64,000 nucleotides of DNA from a bacterium (lineage in GTDB: Bacteria; Acidobacteriota; Blastocatellia; HR10), in NCBI GenBank assembly GCA_041640655.1, contig JBEPZV010000003.1, forward strand, positions 1 through 64,000. The letters are read 5' to 3'. The stretch's first letter is position 1; each line of letters opens with the position of its first letter. A program made the translations under genes and the position numbers. The notes beneath the pieces were generated by a model, which was not told the origin of the DNA, ran no database searches, and saw only the letters and a list, made by a program, of their open reading frames with translations. Below are positions 29,410-40,962 of this stretch, in pieces.

Positions 29410-29751
29410 CTCGCCCTCCGCGTGTACGTCTATACTCCTCACGCGATCGCGCAGATCGTGTGGGCCGATTCCCTCTCGGCAGCTTCAAAGATGATCGAGG
29501 CCGATCGCGTTTGTCAATAGAGGGAAAGACTGCCTCGTTCGGCCTGGCGATCCCGCCAAGGGGCGATTCCGTGAGACCTTGGCACTCCCAGGATGCGTCA
29601 CACTCGGTGCCGGGGAGACCATTCCCCTTCGCGCGAGAGGGCGGCTGTCGCACGCGACGCGTTGACATCGCCCCGCACTCGCGCGCGTTTCGATTCCGCC
29701 GGATGGGAGAGCACTCCCGCCGGGATCAGGAGCCCTGGCAGGGATGCGCGG

Positions 29752-30303
29752 TCATTCTCTCCGGGCGACGATCGAACGGGCGGCCTGCGCGATGGGCTCG
29801 AACTTTTCCGGCGTGACGTTCGTCGCTACATGCACGGCCTTCTTCCGCGTGTACACGATCACCGTGTTGGCCGCCGTGCGATCCACCCGGTATCGCTCAA
29901 GGGCCGGATCCGCCGCCCCCTTCGGCAAGTACGTCAAGGGGATGGTGAGCCGACGTTCGGCGGCGAGACGCTCCAGCCGATCCTTGATCTCAGGACCGGC
30001 GATGTACACCACAAACCCTCGCAGCCCTTGCTCTCGGTGAGCCGCCACGAGCCGATCAATCTCCTCGACCAACCTGGCCGAGGCCTCGCTGTCGTCTTTG
30101 ATGAAGGCCATGACGACAGGAGCGAGGGCGTAATTTCAGACATAGCAGAGCTGCTTGCCCTTATTCGGGCCGGTCACATCTACGACATCGAATGCAGGCG
30201 TCGTATCGCCGACCTGAAAGTTCGCTCGATCCTGCGCGCGTTCGAGCGAGGGGAGCAGGCCGAAGGCGATCGCGCCCACGGCGATGAGCCAGATTCTCCT
30301 CAT
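29752..30303 (-). CDS. Probable secreted thioredoxin-fold selenoprotein (CxxU); in-frame TGA at 30136-30138
   Basis: ORFs 30136-30369 and 29752-30111 share a frame separated only by TGA in ...KQLCYV-TGA-NYALAPVVMAF; signal peptide; hairpin just 3' of TGA. Confidence 0.72.
30084..30127 (-). other. SECIS-like hairpin
   Basis: mRNA CCUCGC-ucc-UGUCGUC...GACGACA-GCGAGG starting 8 nt after UGA. Confidence 0.55.
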
Positions 30304-30451
30304 CCCCATCTCCTCCTGACGATCGTTATCTTCCGCCCCGTCCTCAGGGCAGCGCGTTCGAAACCTCACAGGTGACTTACGCCTCTCCCCTGCGATCGGT
30401 TGCCGGCTGCACGAAGGGACCTCGAAGGAGGCTCATGCTACAATTTCCCCT

Positions 30452-32176
30452 GTGCCGAAGCAAGAGGAACAAGCGCGCGGGGCGGTCGTGCCGGACTGTG
30501 TCCGGAGAATGGGCTCGGACGCCTGGCGCGCGCGCCTCATGCTCCTCATGGTCCTTCTCCCCTATGGCCTGCATGTGGGCACGCCTTCGCTCTGGGATGC
30601 GAACGAGGCCTTCTACGTCGAAGGGCCGCGCGAGATGCGCGAAGCGGGCGATTGGCTCACGCCCCGATTCAATTTCACGGAGAAGCTGAACAAACCCATC
30701 CTCTCCTATTGGCTCGTTCTCCTCTCCTTCCGCGTTTTCGGTGTGAGCGAATGGGCGGAGCGCGCGGTGATCCTCACCTGCGTGATCGGGACGGTCCTGG
30801 TGACCTATCGGCTGGGTCTTCTGCTCTTCGATCGGCGGATCGCGCTCTGGGGAGCGCTCATTTTGGCGACCAGTCCGAAGGTCATCCTGGTAGCGCGGCG
30901 CTCGCTCATTGACGCGCTGCTCACGCTCACGATCCTGGTCGCGATCTTCGGCCTCATCTCCGGCTGGCGCCATCGGCAGCGCGCGCGCTTTGCGCTCGGA
31001 TATGTGGCGGTCGGTGCCGGAGTGCTCGCCAAGGGCTTGCTCGGGGGCGTTCTCCCCGCGGGGGCGATCGCCTTCTCTCTCCTCCTCACGCGGCGCCTTC
31101 GGGCGCTGGCCCGATTCCATCTCGGGCTCGGTGTGCTCGTCATCGCGGGGATCGCTGCGCCATGGTTCGCGCTCATGACCTGGCGCCACGGATGGGGCTA
31201 TCTCTCCTCGTTCTTCATCGGCGAGCACGTCAGTCGGTATCTTCACGGGACGTACGGAGCGCGGCGTCCCATGTGGTATTATCTGCCGACGCTCCTGGGC
31301 GAGTTCGCGCCGTGGTCGTTCTTCCTCCCCCTGGCCCTCGCGGTCGCGTGGAAGCGTTTTCGATCTGAGCCTCTCGACCGAGAGCAGGACCAGGAGCTGC
31401 CCGCGTTGCCCCGCGATGGACTCGCCCTGCTGTTGAGCTGGTTTCTCTTTGGGTTCGGATTCTTCAGCCTCTCCACGGCTAAACAGAACGAATATCTGCT
31501 GCCGCTCTATCCGGCAGCGGCGCTTTTGGTCGCTCACCTGTTCGCGACCCTCGAATTGCGGGCCGAAGGGCGCATGCGTGGAGGGTTTCTTCTCACCCTC
31601 GGCGTCTTGTCCGTCGCCCTCCTTGCGGCGGCGCGCCTCTTGATCCCCGTCGCGCGGGCGCTCTTCCCCGAATCCGGGCTCGCCCATCTGCCGGCGCTTG
31701 TGCTCGGCGGAGCACTGCTCGGACTCCTCTGGAGTGCATGGAGCCAGCGTCCGATCCGCGCCCTTGGCGCGCTCGTCGTCGCCATGGCCTCGCTGCACGC
31801 ATTGCTGGCGGGACTTCTTCCGGAGATCGAGCGGTATCGCCCGATACGGCCATTGGCCGAGCGAATTCGCCAGGAGGCCGGACCGGAGGATCTCGTGGGA
31901 TACTACCGCTACACGGCGCCGAGCCTGTGCTACTACACGCGGCGCAAGATCTTCGAGGTCTTCGCTCCAGAAGACCTGCACGCGCTCCTTCGCTCGGGGA
32001 AGCGCATCTTCTGCGTGATGTGGGAACGAGACGTTCGCGCGTTGACCTCGCAACAGGAGGGCACTCTGAAGATGCTGGAGTGCCGGCCCTCGCTCTTCCC
32101 CCTGCGGATGCGAGACATTCGGCGGTTGCGCCATCCGGACGATCTGGAGCGGGTGTGTCTGGTGACCAATCGGTAG
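30452..32176 (+). CDS. ArnT/PMT-like GT-C membrane glycosyltransferase
   Basis: [38 protein letters not shown]; many TM helices; start uncertain (alternative 30509). Confidence 0.85.
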   Translation: MPKQEEQARGAVVPDCVRRMGSDAWRARLMLLMVLLPYGLHVGTPSLWDANEAFYVEGPREMREAGDWLTPRFNFTEKLNKPILSYWLVLLSFRVFGVSEWAERAVILTCVIGTVLVTYRLGLLLFDRRIALWGALILATSPKVILVARRSLIDALLTLTILVAIFGLISGWRHRQRARFALGYVAVGAGVLAKGLLGGVLPAGAIAFSLLLTRRLRALARFHLGLGVLVIAGIAAPWFALMTWRHGWGYLSSFFIGEHVSRYLHGTYGARRPMWYYLPTLLGEFAPWSFFLPLALAVAWKRFRSEPLDREQDQELPALPRDGLALLLSWFLFGFGFFSLSTAKQNEYLLPLYPAAALLVAHLFATLELRAEGRMRGGFLLTLGVLSVALLAAARLLIPVARALFPESGLAHLPALVLGGALLGLLWSAWSQRPIRALGALVVAMASLHALLAGLLPEIERYRPIRPLAERIRQEAGPEDLVGYYRYTAPSLCYYTRRKIFEVFAPEDLHALLRSGKRIFCVMWERDVRALTSQQEGTLKMLECRPSLFPLRMRDIRRLRHPDDLERVCLVTNR

Positions 32177-32208
32177 GATGCTCCCAGCGGGAGAGGGAGG
32201 GACGTCGG

Positions 32209-32309
32209 GGAACGCCCGATTTGCCAAGGGCCTCCGGCCGAGTGTACATTACATGCGGAATTCTCCCGCGGGGAGTGCGACTTGCGGACTCCCCCGGCGG
32301 AAGCAAGGA
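32209..32309 (+). repeat. Copy 1 of duplicated promoter and leader hairpin (before MNT-HEPN)
   Basis: 47-bp core 32217-32263 identical to 33225-33271; contains TTGCCA-18 nt-TACATT. Confidence 0.9.
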
Positions 32310-32343
32310 AACGCGAGCGCCGCTTCATTTAAGGAATGGAGCC

Positions 32344-32658
32344 ATGGCATTGCAGATCAACGTGCCCTACGACGTCATTGCTGACTTTTGCCGCCGCTGG
32401 CGTATTCGTGAGCTTTCCATTTTCGGATCCGCCCTGCGCGAGGACTTTCGCCCGGAGAGCGACGTCGATGTCCTCGTCTCCTTCGAACCTGGAGTGACGT
32501 GGTCGTTTCACGAGTGGCTGGAGATGATCCGCGAGCTGGAAGCGATCTTCGGCCATAAGGTGGATCTGGTCGAGCGGCGACTGGTCGAGCAGAGCAGAAA
32601 CTACATTCGCCGCAAGCACATCCTCAGCCATCTGGAGCGAGTGTATGTGGCGGGATGA
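32344..32658 (+). CDS. Minimal nucleotidyltransferase (MntA-like antitoxin)
   Basis: [25 protein letters not shown]. Confidence 0.9.
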   Translation: MALQINVPYDVIADFCRRWRIRELSIFGSALREDFRPESDVDVLVSFEPGVTWSFHEWLEMIRELEAIFGHKVDLVERRLVEQSRNYIRRKHILSHLERVYVAG

Positions 32659-32986
32659 GGCGTATCTGCTGGACATGCTGATCGCCGCCCGAGACGCCCA
32701 AGCGTTCAGCGCAGGACTCACGTGGGAGGAATTTCGGGAGAGCTCCCTCCACCAGTACGCCATCGCCAAGGCGTTGGAGAACATCGGAGAGGCGGCTCGC
32801 AAGATCTCCCCGGAGACACAAGCGGCTCATCCCGAGATCCCGTGGCGGGACATCATCGCCCTGCGGCATCGGATCGCGCACGATTACTTTCATCTCGATC
32901 TGGTGAGAATCTGGGAAATCGTACAGCGGGACATTCCCGCCCTGATCCGACTGCTCGAACCGTTGGTCCCACCGGAGGACTCCTGA
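32645..32986 (+). CDS. DUF86 HepT-like HEPN RNase toxin
   Basis: [24 protein letters not shown] (RxxxxH plus Tyr). Confidence 0.9.
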   Translation: MWRDEAYLLDMLIAARDAQAFSAGLTWEEFRESSLHQYAIAKALENIGEAARKISPETQAAHPEIPWRDIIALRHRIAHDYFHLDLVRIWEIVQRDIPALIRLLEPLVPPEDS

Positions 32987-33216
32987 GAATACACGGCCGC
33001 TCGTCCTCACCACCGGCTGCATGAGGGGATCACGCGTTTGGGCCGCCCCGGCTCCACAAGCTCGCCGAGTAGAGTCGCCGCGGAAAGAGCGCGCGGGAGT
33101 CCCCAGCTTCCTGCCACGCCCCATTAGAGAGGGCGCCTCATGCCGCACCTGCATCACTCTTCGCGATAGGACGGAGCGCGATGGCCCAATAGCTCCGATA
33201 CGCTGGGGGACGCGAA

Positions 33217-33312
33217 GGAACGCTCGATTTGCCAAGGGCCTCCGGCCGAGTGTACATTACATGCGGAATTCCCCGGAGGGAGCGGGCGTGCTCCCTCCGG
33301 CGGAAGCAAGGA
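33217..33312 (+). repeat. Copy 2 of duplicated promoter and leader hairpin (before lon)
   Basis: Same core as copy 1; hairpin CCGGAGGGAGC...GCTCCCTCCGG followed by lon RBS. Confidence 0.9.
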
Positions 33313-33321
33313 GAGGAAGCG

Positions 33322-35685
33322 ATGGAACACGAAGGCGAAGTGCTGATCTTGCCGGTTCTGCCCTTGAAGAATGTCGTGCTCTTCCCGCACATGACAATGC
33401 CCCTTTCGGTAGGGCGACCGATCTCGATCGCCGCGGTCGAAGCGGCGCTCTCCAGCGAGGAGAAGCTCATGGTCGTGGTCGCCCAGCGCGATCCGAATAT
33501 CGAAGAGCCCAAACCGGAAGATCTCTTCACCATCGGGACGAAGGCGGCCATTCGGCGCATGACGCGCGCGCAGGATGGGACGCTGCAAGTGCTCATGCAA
33601 GGTCTGGAGCGGGTGGTCATCCTGCGGATGGAGCAGACGGCGCCCTATATGCGGGCTCGCGTCAGCCCGCTCCCCATCCTCGAGGAGAACGCCGTCGAGG
33701 TCGAGGCCCTGCATCGCGCCATTCTGGATCAAGTCTCCAAGGCGCTGAGCCTGCTCCCGCAGGTCCCCGAAGAGCTGCATGCGGCGTTCGCTCAAACGGA
33801 CGATCCCGTGCGCTTGGCCTACCTGCTGGCCACGATCCTGAATTTGGATCTGCCGGCGCTGCAATCGCTGCTGGAGGCGCGCACGAAGGATGACCTGCTG
33901 CGCCTGCTCTTCAGACATCTCACGCACGAGGTCCAGGTCCTGGAGCTGCGCCACAAGATCGCCAGCCAGGCGCAGCAGGAGATGACGCGCGAGCAGCGCG
34001 AGTATTTCCTCCGGCAGCAACTGCGCGCCATCCAGCGCGAATTGGGGGAGATTGATCCGCACCAGGCCGAGGTGAATCTCCTGCGCGAGCGCCTGGAGCA
34101 GGCCGAGCTACCCGAATTCGTGCGGAAGGAAGCCGAGCGGGAGTTGAATCGGCTGGAGAAGCTGCCGAGCATGGCTCCGGATTATCACGTCATCCGCACG
34201 TATCTGGAGCTGGTGCTGGAGCTGCCGTGGAATCGGCAGACGGAGGACAATCTGGATCTGGCGAATGTCCGCCGCGTCCTGGACGAGGATCACTATGGAC
34301 TGGAGGATGTCAAGCACCGCATCCTCGAACATCTGGCCGTTTTGAAGCTGAACCCCGAAGCGAAGGCGCCTATTCTGTGCTTCGTCGGCCCGCCGGGCGT
34401 GGGGAAGACGAGCCTCGGGCAATCCATCGCGCGCGCGCTCGGACGGAAGTTCGAGCGCTTGAGCCTGGGCGGATTACATGATGAGGCTGAGCTGCGCGGC
34501 CACCGACGCACCTATATCGGCGCTATGCCCGGACGCATCATTCAAGCGATCCGGCGCGCGGGGGTCAAGAATCCGCTCCTCATGCTCGATGAGGTGGATA
34601 AAATCGGGCGCGATTTCCGCGGCGATCCGGCGGCCGCGCTCCTGGAGATCCTGGACCCGGAGCAAAATCACACGTTCCGCGATAACTATCTCGATCTGCC
34701 CTTCGATCTGTCCAAGGTCTTCTTCATCACGACGGCGAACACGCTGGACACGATCCCCCGCCCGCTTCTGGATCGGATGGAGGTGCTGCGCCTGCCCGGC
34801 TATAGCGAGGAGGAGAAGGTGGAGATCGCTCGGCGTCATCTCGTTCCGAAGAAGCTCAAAGAGACGGGGATCACCGCCGAACAACTCCAGCTCCCGGACG
34901 AGACGCTGCGATACATCATCGCGCGCTACACGCGCGAGGCGGGCGTGCGCCAGCTCGAACGCGCCATCGCGCAGATCGCGCGCAAGATCGCCCTGCGCAT
35001 CGCCGAAGGCCACACCGAGAGCATCACCGTCAAGCCCGCCGACTTACCGGACTTGCTCGGCCCCGAACGCTTCTTCCCCGAAGAAGCGCGCAAGGAATTG
35101 CCCGTCGGCGTGGCCACGGGCGTGGCCTGGACCGAGACCGGAGGAGAAGTCCTCTACATCGAGGCGGCGCTTCTGCCCGGAGGAAAAGGATTGACGCTCA
35201 CGGGACAGCTGGGCGAAATCATGCAAGAATCGGCGAAAGCGGCCGAGAGCTATATCTGGTCACATGCCGAAGCCTTCGGCATCAACCGGGACGTCTTTGA
35301 GAAGAACGGCGTGCACATTCATGTCCCAGCCGGAGCGATCCCGAAAGATGGCCCTTCGGCCGGCATCGCTATGGTCACGGCCTTGGCCTCGCTCTATACG
35401 GGCATCCCCGTGCGCAACGACGTGGCGATGACGGGGGAGATCACGCTCTCGGGATTGATCCTGCCCGTCGGCGGCATCAAAGAGAAAGTCCTCGCCGCGC
35501 GCCGCGCTGGGATCCGCCGCATCATCCTCCCCCGACCGAATGAGAAAGACCTCCGCGAACTCCCCGAGCATGTTCGGGACGAGATGGAATTCATCTTCGT
35601 CGAGCGGATCGAAGACGCCATCAGCGTCGCCATCCCCGAACTGGCCGAACGCCTGGAACGCCTCAAACACGTGCCCGCCGGATGA
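33322..35685 (+). CDS. lon: ATP-dependent protease La
   Basis: LON N-domain, GPPGVGKTS, HRRTYIGAMPG, PKDGPSAG, GGIKEK. Confidence 0.96.
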   Translation: MEHEGEVLILPVLPLKNVVLFPHMTMPLSVGRPISIAAVEAALSSEEKLMVVVAQRDPNIEEPKPEDLFTIGTKAAIRRMTRAQDGTLQVLMQGLERVVILRMEQTAPYMRARVSPLPILEENAVEVEALHRAILDQVSKALSLLPQVPEELHAAFAQTDDPVRLAYLLATILNLDLPALQSLLEARTKDDLLRLLFRHLTHEVQVLELRHKIASQAQQEMTREQREYFLRQQLRAIQRELGEIDPHQAEVNLLRERLEQAELPEFVRKEAERELNRLEKLPSMAPDYHVIRTYLELVLELPWNRQTEDNLDLANVRRVLDEDHYGLEDVKHRILEHLAVLKLNPEAKAPILCFVGPPGVGKTSLGQSIARALGRKFERLSLGGLHDEAELRGHRRTYIGAMPGRIIQAIRRAGVKNPLLMLDEVDKIGRDFRGDPAAALLEILDPEQNHTFRDNYLDLPFDLSKVFFITTANTLDTIPRPLLDRMEVLRLPGYSEEEKVEIARRHLVPKKLKETGITAEQLQLPDETLRYIIARYTREAGVRQLERAIAQIARKIALRIAEGHTESITVKPADLPDLLGPERFFPEEARKELPVGVATGVAWTETGGEVLYIEAALLPGGKGLTLTGQLGEIMQESAKAAESYIWSHAEAFGINRDVFEKNGVHIHVPAGAIPKDGPSAGIAMVTALASLYTGIPVRNDVAMTGEITLSGLILPVGGIKEKVLAARRAGIRRIILPRPNEKDLRELPEHVRDEMEFIFVERIEDAISVAIPELAERLERLKHVPAG

Positions 35686-35692
35686 AGAGAGA

Positions 35693-35727
35693 AATCCCCG
35701 CGTGGGATTCTCTTCCACGGGGGGATT
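35693..35727. terminator. Hairpin between convergent lon and S8 peptidase
   Basis: AATCCCCGCGTGG...CCACGGGGGGATT inverted repeat; no clear U-tract. Confidence 0.4.
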
Positions 35728-35754
35728 CGTGGGATGCGCCCGCAAAGATGGGGG

Positions 35755-37884
35755 TCACCGCTTCTGGAGGATGACGAGGTTCGAGTCGTATGTCCTCCCG
35801 TCATCCGTCTGCGCGCGAACGAGGACGCGATAGTCTCGGGATCCCGCCGGTGCCCTCGCGAGCCTCACGACCACGCGATGCGTGAGCATGAGGAAGCGAT
35901 ATGGGGAGATGGTCGCCGTCAGATCATGCGGCGCGTCCAGTGGAACGAATTGAAGGGCGATGTCCCCTCGATAGGTCGGATGCTTGCGGAGGGCGAGATA
36001 GAACGTCGCTTGTGCATTGCGGAAGCGCACGGATGTCGGAGAAGCGGTGATGGAGACCTTGGGAGGAGCCGTGACCCACACTTCCACGGCGGCCGTCGCC
36101 TCACCCCCGCGCCCATCACTGGCGCGCACGCGCACGATCACGCGCACGGGATCGGCATCCGGAACGGGATTCAAACCGGTCGTATCGAGTTGCGCTGCTG
36201 CCCCGGAGCTTGTGATCTTTCCGGCGGAAGCCGTCCAGGTATACGTCAACGGATCCCCATCGGGATCGCCGCCGCGAGCTGTGAGGAAGACGATGGCGCC
36301 GTCCTGAACGCTCGTCCGATCCGCTTCAACAGTGGCCTGAGGAGGGCGATTCGGTGGACGAACGGTGATGCCACGGCTGGCCGAGGCCGAATGGCCGCGT
36401 CCATCGTCCACGGTGACGGTGACGACGACCACAACGGGAGAGGCCCCGGACGTGGGATTGATGCCCGTTGTATCCAGCGTGGCTTCGGTGATCCCGGCGC
36501 GAAGCGTCCCGGCTGTAGTCTCCCACCGATAGGTGAGCGGATCCCCATCAGGATCGCTCCCGTTGGCCGTGAAGGTGACCGTCTCCCCATCGTCCACCAC
36601 GAGACGGCTGGCTGAGAGGGAGACCATGGGCGGGCAGTCTTTCTCACACACCTTGGCGGGATCGTCGGCATCGAGGGCTCCCAACGTCCCCAGCGCATCC
36701 ACGATGCCCCCGGTTGCGACCTTTCCCGCGAGGGTGGGTTGTGGCTGAACCCCCTGACGCAGTGCGTGCTCGAGCTCGCTCGGCGAAACGTCCCGCACCG
36801 AGAGCGCTAAGGCCGCCACGCCCACCACATGTGGCGTCGCCATTGAGGTCCCACTGAAGCTCGCATAGCCACCACCAGGAACGGTGCTCAGGATCGCCCG
36901 ACCGGGAGCCGCCAGGTCCACCCAATCACCGTAGTTCGAGAAGTACGCGAGGTCTCCGCTTTGATCCACGGCGGCGACCGAGAGCACGCCCTCATAGGCA
37001 GCGGGATACTGCTTCGCGTTCGTACTTCCGTTTCCGGCCGCGGCGACGAAGAGAATCCCTTCATTCTGAAGCCGCTGGATCGCCTCCTCCAGGGCGCGCG
37101 AATAGGTATCCGCGCCCCAACTGGCGTTCACGATGCGGATGTTCACCCCGCGTCGCTTCATAGTGAGGATGTAGTCAATCGCCTCAAGCGCATCCGAGAG
37201 ATACCCAGAGCCGTCCCGATCAAGGAACTTCAGCGCCATGATCTTCACCCGCCAATTCACGCCGACGATCCCGATCTGATTATCCCCGACAGCGCCGATC
37301 GTCCCCGCCACGTGCGTGCCATGCCGATGATCGTCCATCGGTGGGCGCAGGGGCGCGATCGCGTTGTAGCCGTAGACGTCGTCCACGTAGCCGTTGCCGT
37401 CATCGTCGCGCAGATTGTCGGGGATCTCTCCCGCGTTCACCCAGATGTTGCTCTGCAGATCGGGATGCGTGTAGTCAATGCCGGTATCAATCACGGCGAC
37501 GACGATTTCAGAGCTGCCGCTGGTCACCCTCCAGGCTTCCGGCGCACGAATCATCTCCAAGCCCCAGAGGTTGGCGAAGCTCGGATCATTCGGGATCACT
37601 CGATCGGCGACGTAGAGCAGATCGGGCTCTGCGTATTCGATGTCGTCCTCGTACTGCAAGGCGCTCAATCGAGTGAGCACGTCTTCGCCTTTCCGCAAGG
37701 TGACGACCTGCGGGCGCGCCCCACCTCGCCGCTTGATGATCAACCGCTGAGGATGATACCGGGCGGTCAGAAAGCGCCAGAGATCGAACGGAGAAGAGCG
37801 CTGCCCGGCGGTGAGGCGAAGGGGGAATCCCCCCAGGATCAGAAGTGCGACGATCCAGCCGATGATCAATCTTCTCATCCTCAT
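35755..37884 (-). CDS. Secreted S8 subtilisin-like protease with two tandem Ig/PKD-like repeats
   Basis: Signal peptide; VAVIDTG, HGTHVAG, GTSMATPHV triad; two DPDGDPLTY repeats at about 36060-36634. Confidence 0.9.
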   Translation of the reverse strand: MRMRRLIIGWIVALLILGGFPLRLTAGQRSSPFDLWRFLTARYHPQRLIIKRRGGARPQVVTLRKGEDVLTRLSALQYEDDIEYAEPDLLYVADRVIPNDPSFANLWGLEMIRAPEAWRVTSGSSEIVVAVIDTGIDYTHPDLQSNIWVNAGEIPDNLRDDDGNGYVDDVYGYNAIAPLRPPMDDHRHGTHVAGTIGAVGDNQIGIVGVNWRVKIMALKFLDRDGSGYLSDALEAIDYILTMKRRGVNIRIVNASWGADTYSRALEEAIQRLQNEGILFVAAAGNGSTNAKQYPAAYEGVLSVAAVDQSGDLAYFSNYGDWVDLAAPGRAILSTVPGGGYASFSGTSMATPHVVGVAALALSVRDVSPSELEHALRQGVQPQPTLAGKVATGGIVDALGTLGALDADDPAKVCEKDCPPMVSLSASRLVVDDGETVTFTANGSDPDGDPLTYRWETTAGTLRAGITEATLDTTGINPTSGASPVVVVVTVTVDDGRGHSASASRGITVRPPNRPPQATVEADRTSVQDGAIVFLTARGGDPDGDPLTYTWTASAGKITSSGAAAQLDTTGLNPVPDADPVRVIVRVRASDGRGGEATAAVEVWVTAPPKVSITASPTSVRFRNAQATFYLALRKHPTYRGDIALQFVPLDAPHDLTATISPYRFLMLTHRVVVRLARAPAGSRDYRVLVRAQTDDGRTYDSNLVILQKR

Positions 37885-38029
37885 TCGGCGTTCTCCCCGA
37901 AACCAAAGCTCGCGTTCACGTGCCGCTTCTGTGACGCGCCGGGGATGACCGACCGTTGGCCAAGAGTTCTCGCGCGACGGACGGTCCATCGGTGAGGGAA
38001 TGGCGCGGCTTCGAGGAGAGACCCGCGAT

Positions 38030-40873
38030 CTATGAGGCCGAAGGCGTGGGGCGCGCGCCGAAGAGGATCGGGGCGAGCGCCTGTCCCGTGTAGGAGCCGG
38101 GCGTGCGCGCGATCACCTCCGGAGGCCCTTCGGCGACGACCCATCCCCCCTCCTCTCCGCCCTCGGGGCCGAGGTCAATGATCCAGTCGGCGCATTTGAT
38201 CACTTCCAGATTGTGCTCGATGACGATCACCGTATTGCCCATGTGAACGAGCCGTTGCAGGACTTCGAGCAAGCGCCGCACGTCCTCGAAATGCAGGCCT
38301 GTTGTCGGCTCATCGAGGATGTAGACCGTTCGTCCGGTCGCCCGCTTGCTCAATTCGCGGGCGAGCTTGATGCGCTGCGCCTCGCCGCCGGAGAGGGTCG
38401 TCGCCGGCTGGCCGAGTTCGATATATCCGAGGCCGACTTCGAGCAAGGTCTGCAGTTTGTTCCGAATCGGCGGGATGGTCTCCAACAGAGCGTACGCTTC
38501 CTCCACCGTCATGCGGAGAATATCGGCGATCGAATACCCCTTGTAGCGTACGCTCAACGTCTCCTGGTTATATCGCGCGCCGCGACAGACGTCGCAGGTC
38601 ACGTACACATCGGGAAGAAAGCTCATCTCGATGCGTTTGACCCCATCCCCCTGACAGGCTTCGCACCGCCCGCCCTTGACGTTGAAGCTGAACCGTCCGG
38701 GCTTATAGCCGCGCTCGCGCGCCTCAGGCAATCCGGCGAAGAGCTGGCGAATGAAGGTGAAGACGCCCACGTACGTGGCCGGATTCGAGCGTGGCGTTCG
38801 CCCGATGGGCGATTGATCAATCTCGATCACCTTGTCCACGTGCTCGAGTCCCGTGATTCGATCATGCGGGCCCGGCTCCAGCGGGCTCCCGTAAAGATGA
38901 CGCGCGAGCGCGCGATAGAGGATCTCGTCCACGAGCGTGGACTTGCCCGATCCGGAGACGCCCGTGACGCAGATGAACAGCCCCAAGGGGAATGAGACGG
39001 TGATGTTCTTGAGATTATTGGCGCGCGCGCCATGAACGGTGAGGGTGCGGTCGCCCGGCGCACGGCGCATCGGGGGAATGGGGATCTGCCGGCGTCCGGA
39101 GAGATACTGCCCCGTGAGCGAATCCGGATGCCGCGCGATGACCTCCGGCGGACCGCAGGCGACCACATACCCCCCGTGCACGCCGGCGCCCGGACCGAGA
39201 TCAATCACATAATCGGCGTGCCGGATCGTCGCCTCGTCATGCTCGACGACGACGACCGTATTCCCCAGATCGCGCAGCTTCTCCAACGTGGCGAGCAAGC
39301 GCGCGTTATCGCGAGGGTGAAGACCGATCGAGGGCTCATCGAGCACATAGAGCACGCCGCGCAATTGCGATCCGATCTGCGTCGCCAGGCGAATGCGCTG
39401 CGCTTCGCCTCCCGAGAGCGTGGAGGCCGGACGATCCAGCGTCAGATACCCCACGCCCACCGTCTCCAGGAACTCCAACCGCGCGCAGATCTCTCGCAGC
39501 AGGGGCTCAGCGATCTGCCGTTCGCGAGGCGTCAACGCTTCGGGGAGATCGCGGAAGACCCGAACCGCCTCCCGAATGGGAAGCGCCGCGTAATCGGCGA
39601 TCGAGCGCCCCGCGACGCGCACGGCCAGGCTCGCTCGCTGCAATCGCTTCCCCTGACAAGCGGGACACGGCACCGTCCGGACGAGCGCGCGATAGAGCGC
39701 GGCCTTCTCATCCTCGCCATCCTCCGACTCGTGCTCCAAGTGACGCTCAAGCAGGGCGACCGCGCCCGGCCACTGCAACCGATACTGAGAGCCATTATGC
39801 TCGAAGGGGATCCGCTCCTTCAGGCCGTAGAAGAAGGCCTCTTTCACGCGGGCGGGCAGCTCAAGAAACGGACACGTCGGCGCGACGCGATAATGGCGGG
39901 CGATGGCCAGGAGCACGTCCTTCAGATACCCCCCCAGGGCTCGATCGAACGTGAGCATCTGGAGCCGATCCAGCGGCTGCGTCGGATCGGGGACCATCCG
40001 TTCCGGGGCGATCTCGCTCTTGGTCCCCAAGCCCTGGCACTCGGGGCATGCCCCATAGGGACTGTTGAAGGAGAACGAGCGCGGCTCCAGAGCAGGGACC
40101 GACAGTCCGCACTCGATGCACGCCATCTTCTCCGAATAGAATTGCTCCGGGCCGTCCACCACGGCGATGAGCACAATCCCGTTGGTGAGCTTGAGCGCCG
40201 TGCGAATCGAGCGCTCCAGGCGCTCCTGAACGCCCGGCTTCAAGAGCAGCCGATCCACGACGACCTCGATCGTGTGAGTCTTTCGCCTGTCGAGCGTGAT
40301 CTCCTCATCGAGGGCGCGCAGCTCGCCATCAATACGCGCGCGCACGAAGCCCGACTGAGCCAGTTTCTGCAGCTCTTTTCGAAACTCCCCTTTGCGCCCG
40401 CGCACGATCGGAGCCAAGATCATCACCCGCTCGCCCGGCGGGAGATCCAGGACGGCCTTGACGATCTGCTCGACCGATTGCCGACTGATGGGGCGCCCGC
40501 ACTCGGGACAATGCGGCTTGCCGATCGCCGAGAAGAGCACGCGCAAGTAGTCGTAGATCTCGGTGACCGTCCCCACGGTCGAGCGCGGGCTGCGACTGAC
40601 GGTCTTCTGCTCGATGGAGAGGGCGGGCGAGAGCCCCTCGATGGAGTCCACGTCCGGCTTCTCGAACTGATCGAGGAACTGCCGAGCGTAGACCGAGAGC
40701 GATTCGACGTACCGTCGCTGGCCCTCGGCATAGAGGGTGTCGAAGGCGAGGCTCGACTTGCCCGATCCGCTGAGCCCTGTGATGACCGTGAGCGAGCGAT
40801 GCGGGATCTCCAGATCGAGATTCTTCAGGTTGTGCTGTCGAGCGCCGCGAACGGTGATCCGATCAATCGGCAT
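38030..40873 (-). CDS. uvrA: Excinuclease ABC subunit A
   Basis: [22 protein letters not shown], two LSGGEAQR motifs, zinc fingers. Confidence 0.97.
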   Translation of the reverse strand: MPIDRITVRGARQHNLKNLDLEIPHRSLTVITGLSGSGKSSLAFDTLYAEGQRRYVESLSVYARQFLDQFEKPDVDSIEGLSPALSIEQKTVSRSPRSTVGTVTEIYDYLRVLFSAIGKPHCPECGRPISRQSVEQIVKAVLDLPPGERVMILAPIVRGRKGEFRKELQKLAQSGFVRARIDGELRALDEEITLDRRKTHTIEVVVDRLLLKPGVQERLERSIRTALKLTNGIVLIAVVDGPEQFYSEKMACIECGLSVPALEPRSFSFNSPYGACPECQGLGTKSEIAPERMVPDPTQPLDRLQMLTFDRALGGYLKDVLLAIARHYRVAPTCPFLELPARVKEAFFYGLKERIPFEHNGSQYRLQWPGAVALLERHLEHESEDGEDEKAALYRALVRTVPCPACQGKRLQRASLAVRVAGRSIADYAALPIREAVRVFRDLPEALTPRERQIAEPLLREICARLEFLETVGVGYLTLDRPASTLSGGEAQRIRLATQIGSQLRGVLYVLDEPSIGLHPRDNARLLATLEKLRDLGNTVVVVEHDEATIRHADYVIDLGPGAGVHGGYVVACGPPEVIARHPDSLTGQYLSGRRQIPIPPMRRAPGDRTLTVHGARANNLKNITVSFPLGLFICVTGVSGSGKSTLVDEILYRALARHLYGSPLEPGPHDRITGLEHVDKVIEIDQSPIGRTPRSNPATYVGVFTFIRQLFAGLPEARERGYKPGRFSFNVKGGRCEACQGDGVKRIEMSFLPDVYVTCDVCRGARYNQETLSVRYKGYSIADILRMTVEEAYALLETIPPIRNKLQTLLEVGLGYIELGQPATTLSGGEAQRIKLARELSKRATGRTVYILDEPTTGLHFEDVRRLLEVLQRLVHMGNTVIVIEHNLEVIKCADWIIDLGPEGGEEGGWVVAEGPPEVIARTPGSYTGQALAPILFGARPTPSAS

Positions 40874-40932
40874 CACGCGTCTCCCGCCTCGGGTCTCTCA
40901 GAAGCGCTCCGTCCTCGTGATCCAAAAAGGGA

Positions 40933-40962
40933 ATGTTACTGATCGCGCTCAGATGATGTCAA
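40933..40962 (-). promoter_or_regulatory. sigma70-like promoter for uvrA
   Basis: TTGACA-18 nt-TAACAT. Confidence 0.5.

Noticed and set aside
4182..33000. Integron or IS origin for the TA cassettes
   Set aside because: No integrase, transposase, attC-like sites or terminal inverted repeats seen
33322..35685. Lon as a CRISPR-linked protease (CalpL-like)
   Set aside because: Canonical LonA architecture, no SAVED/CARF domain, about 9 kb from the cas locus
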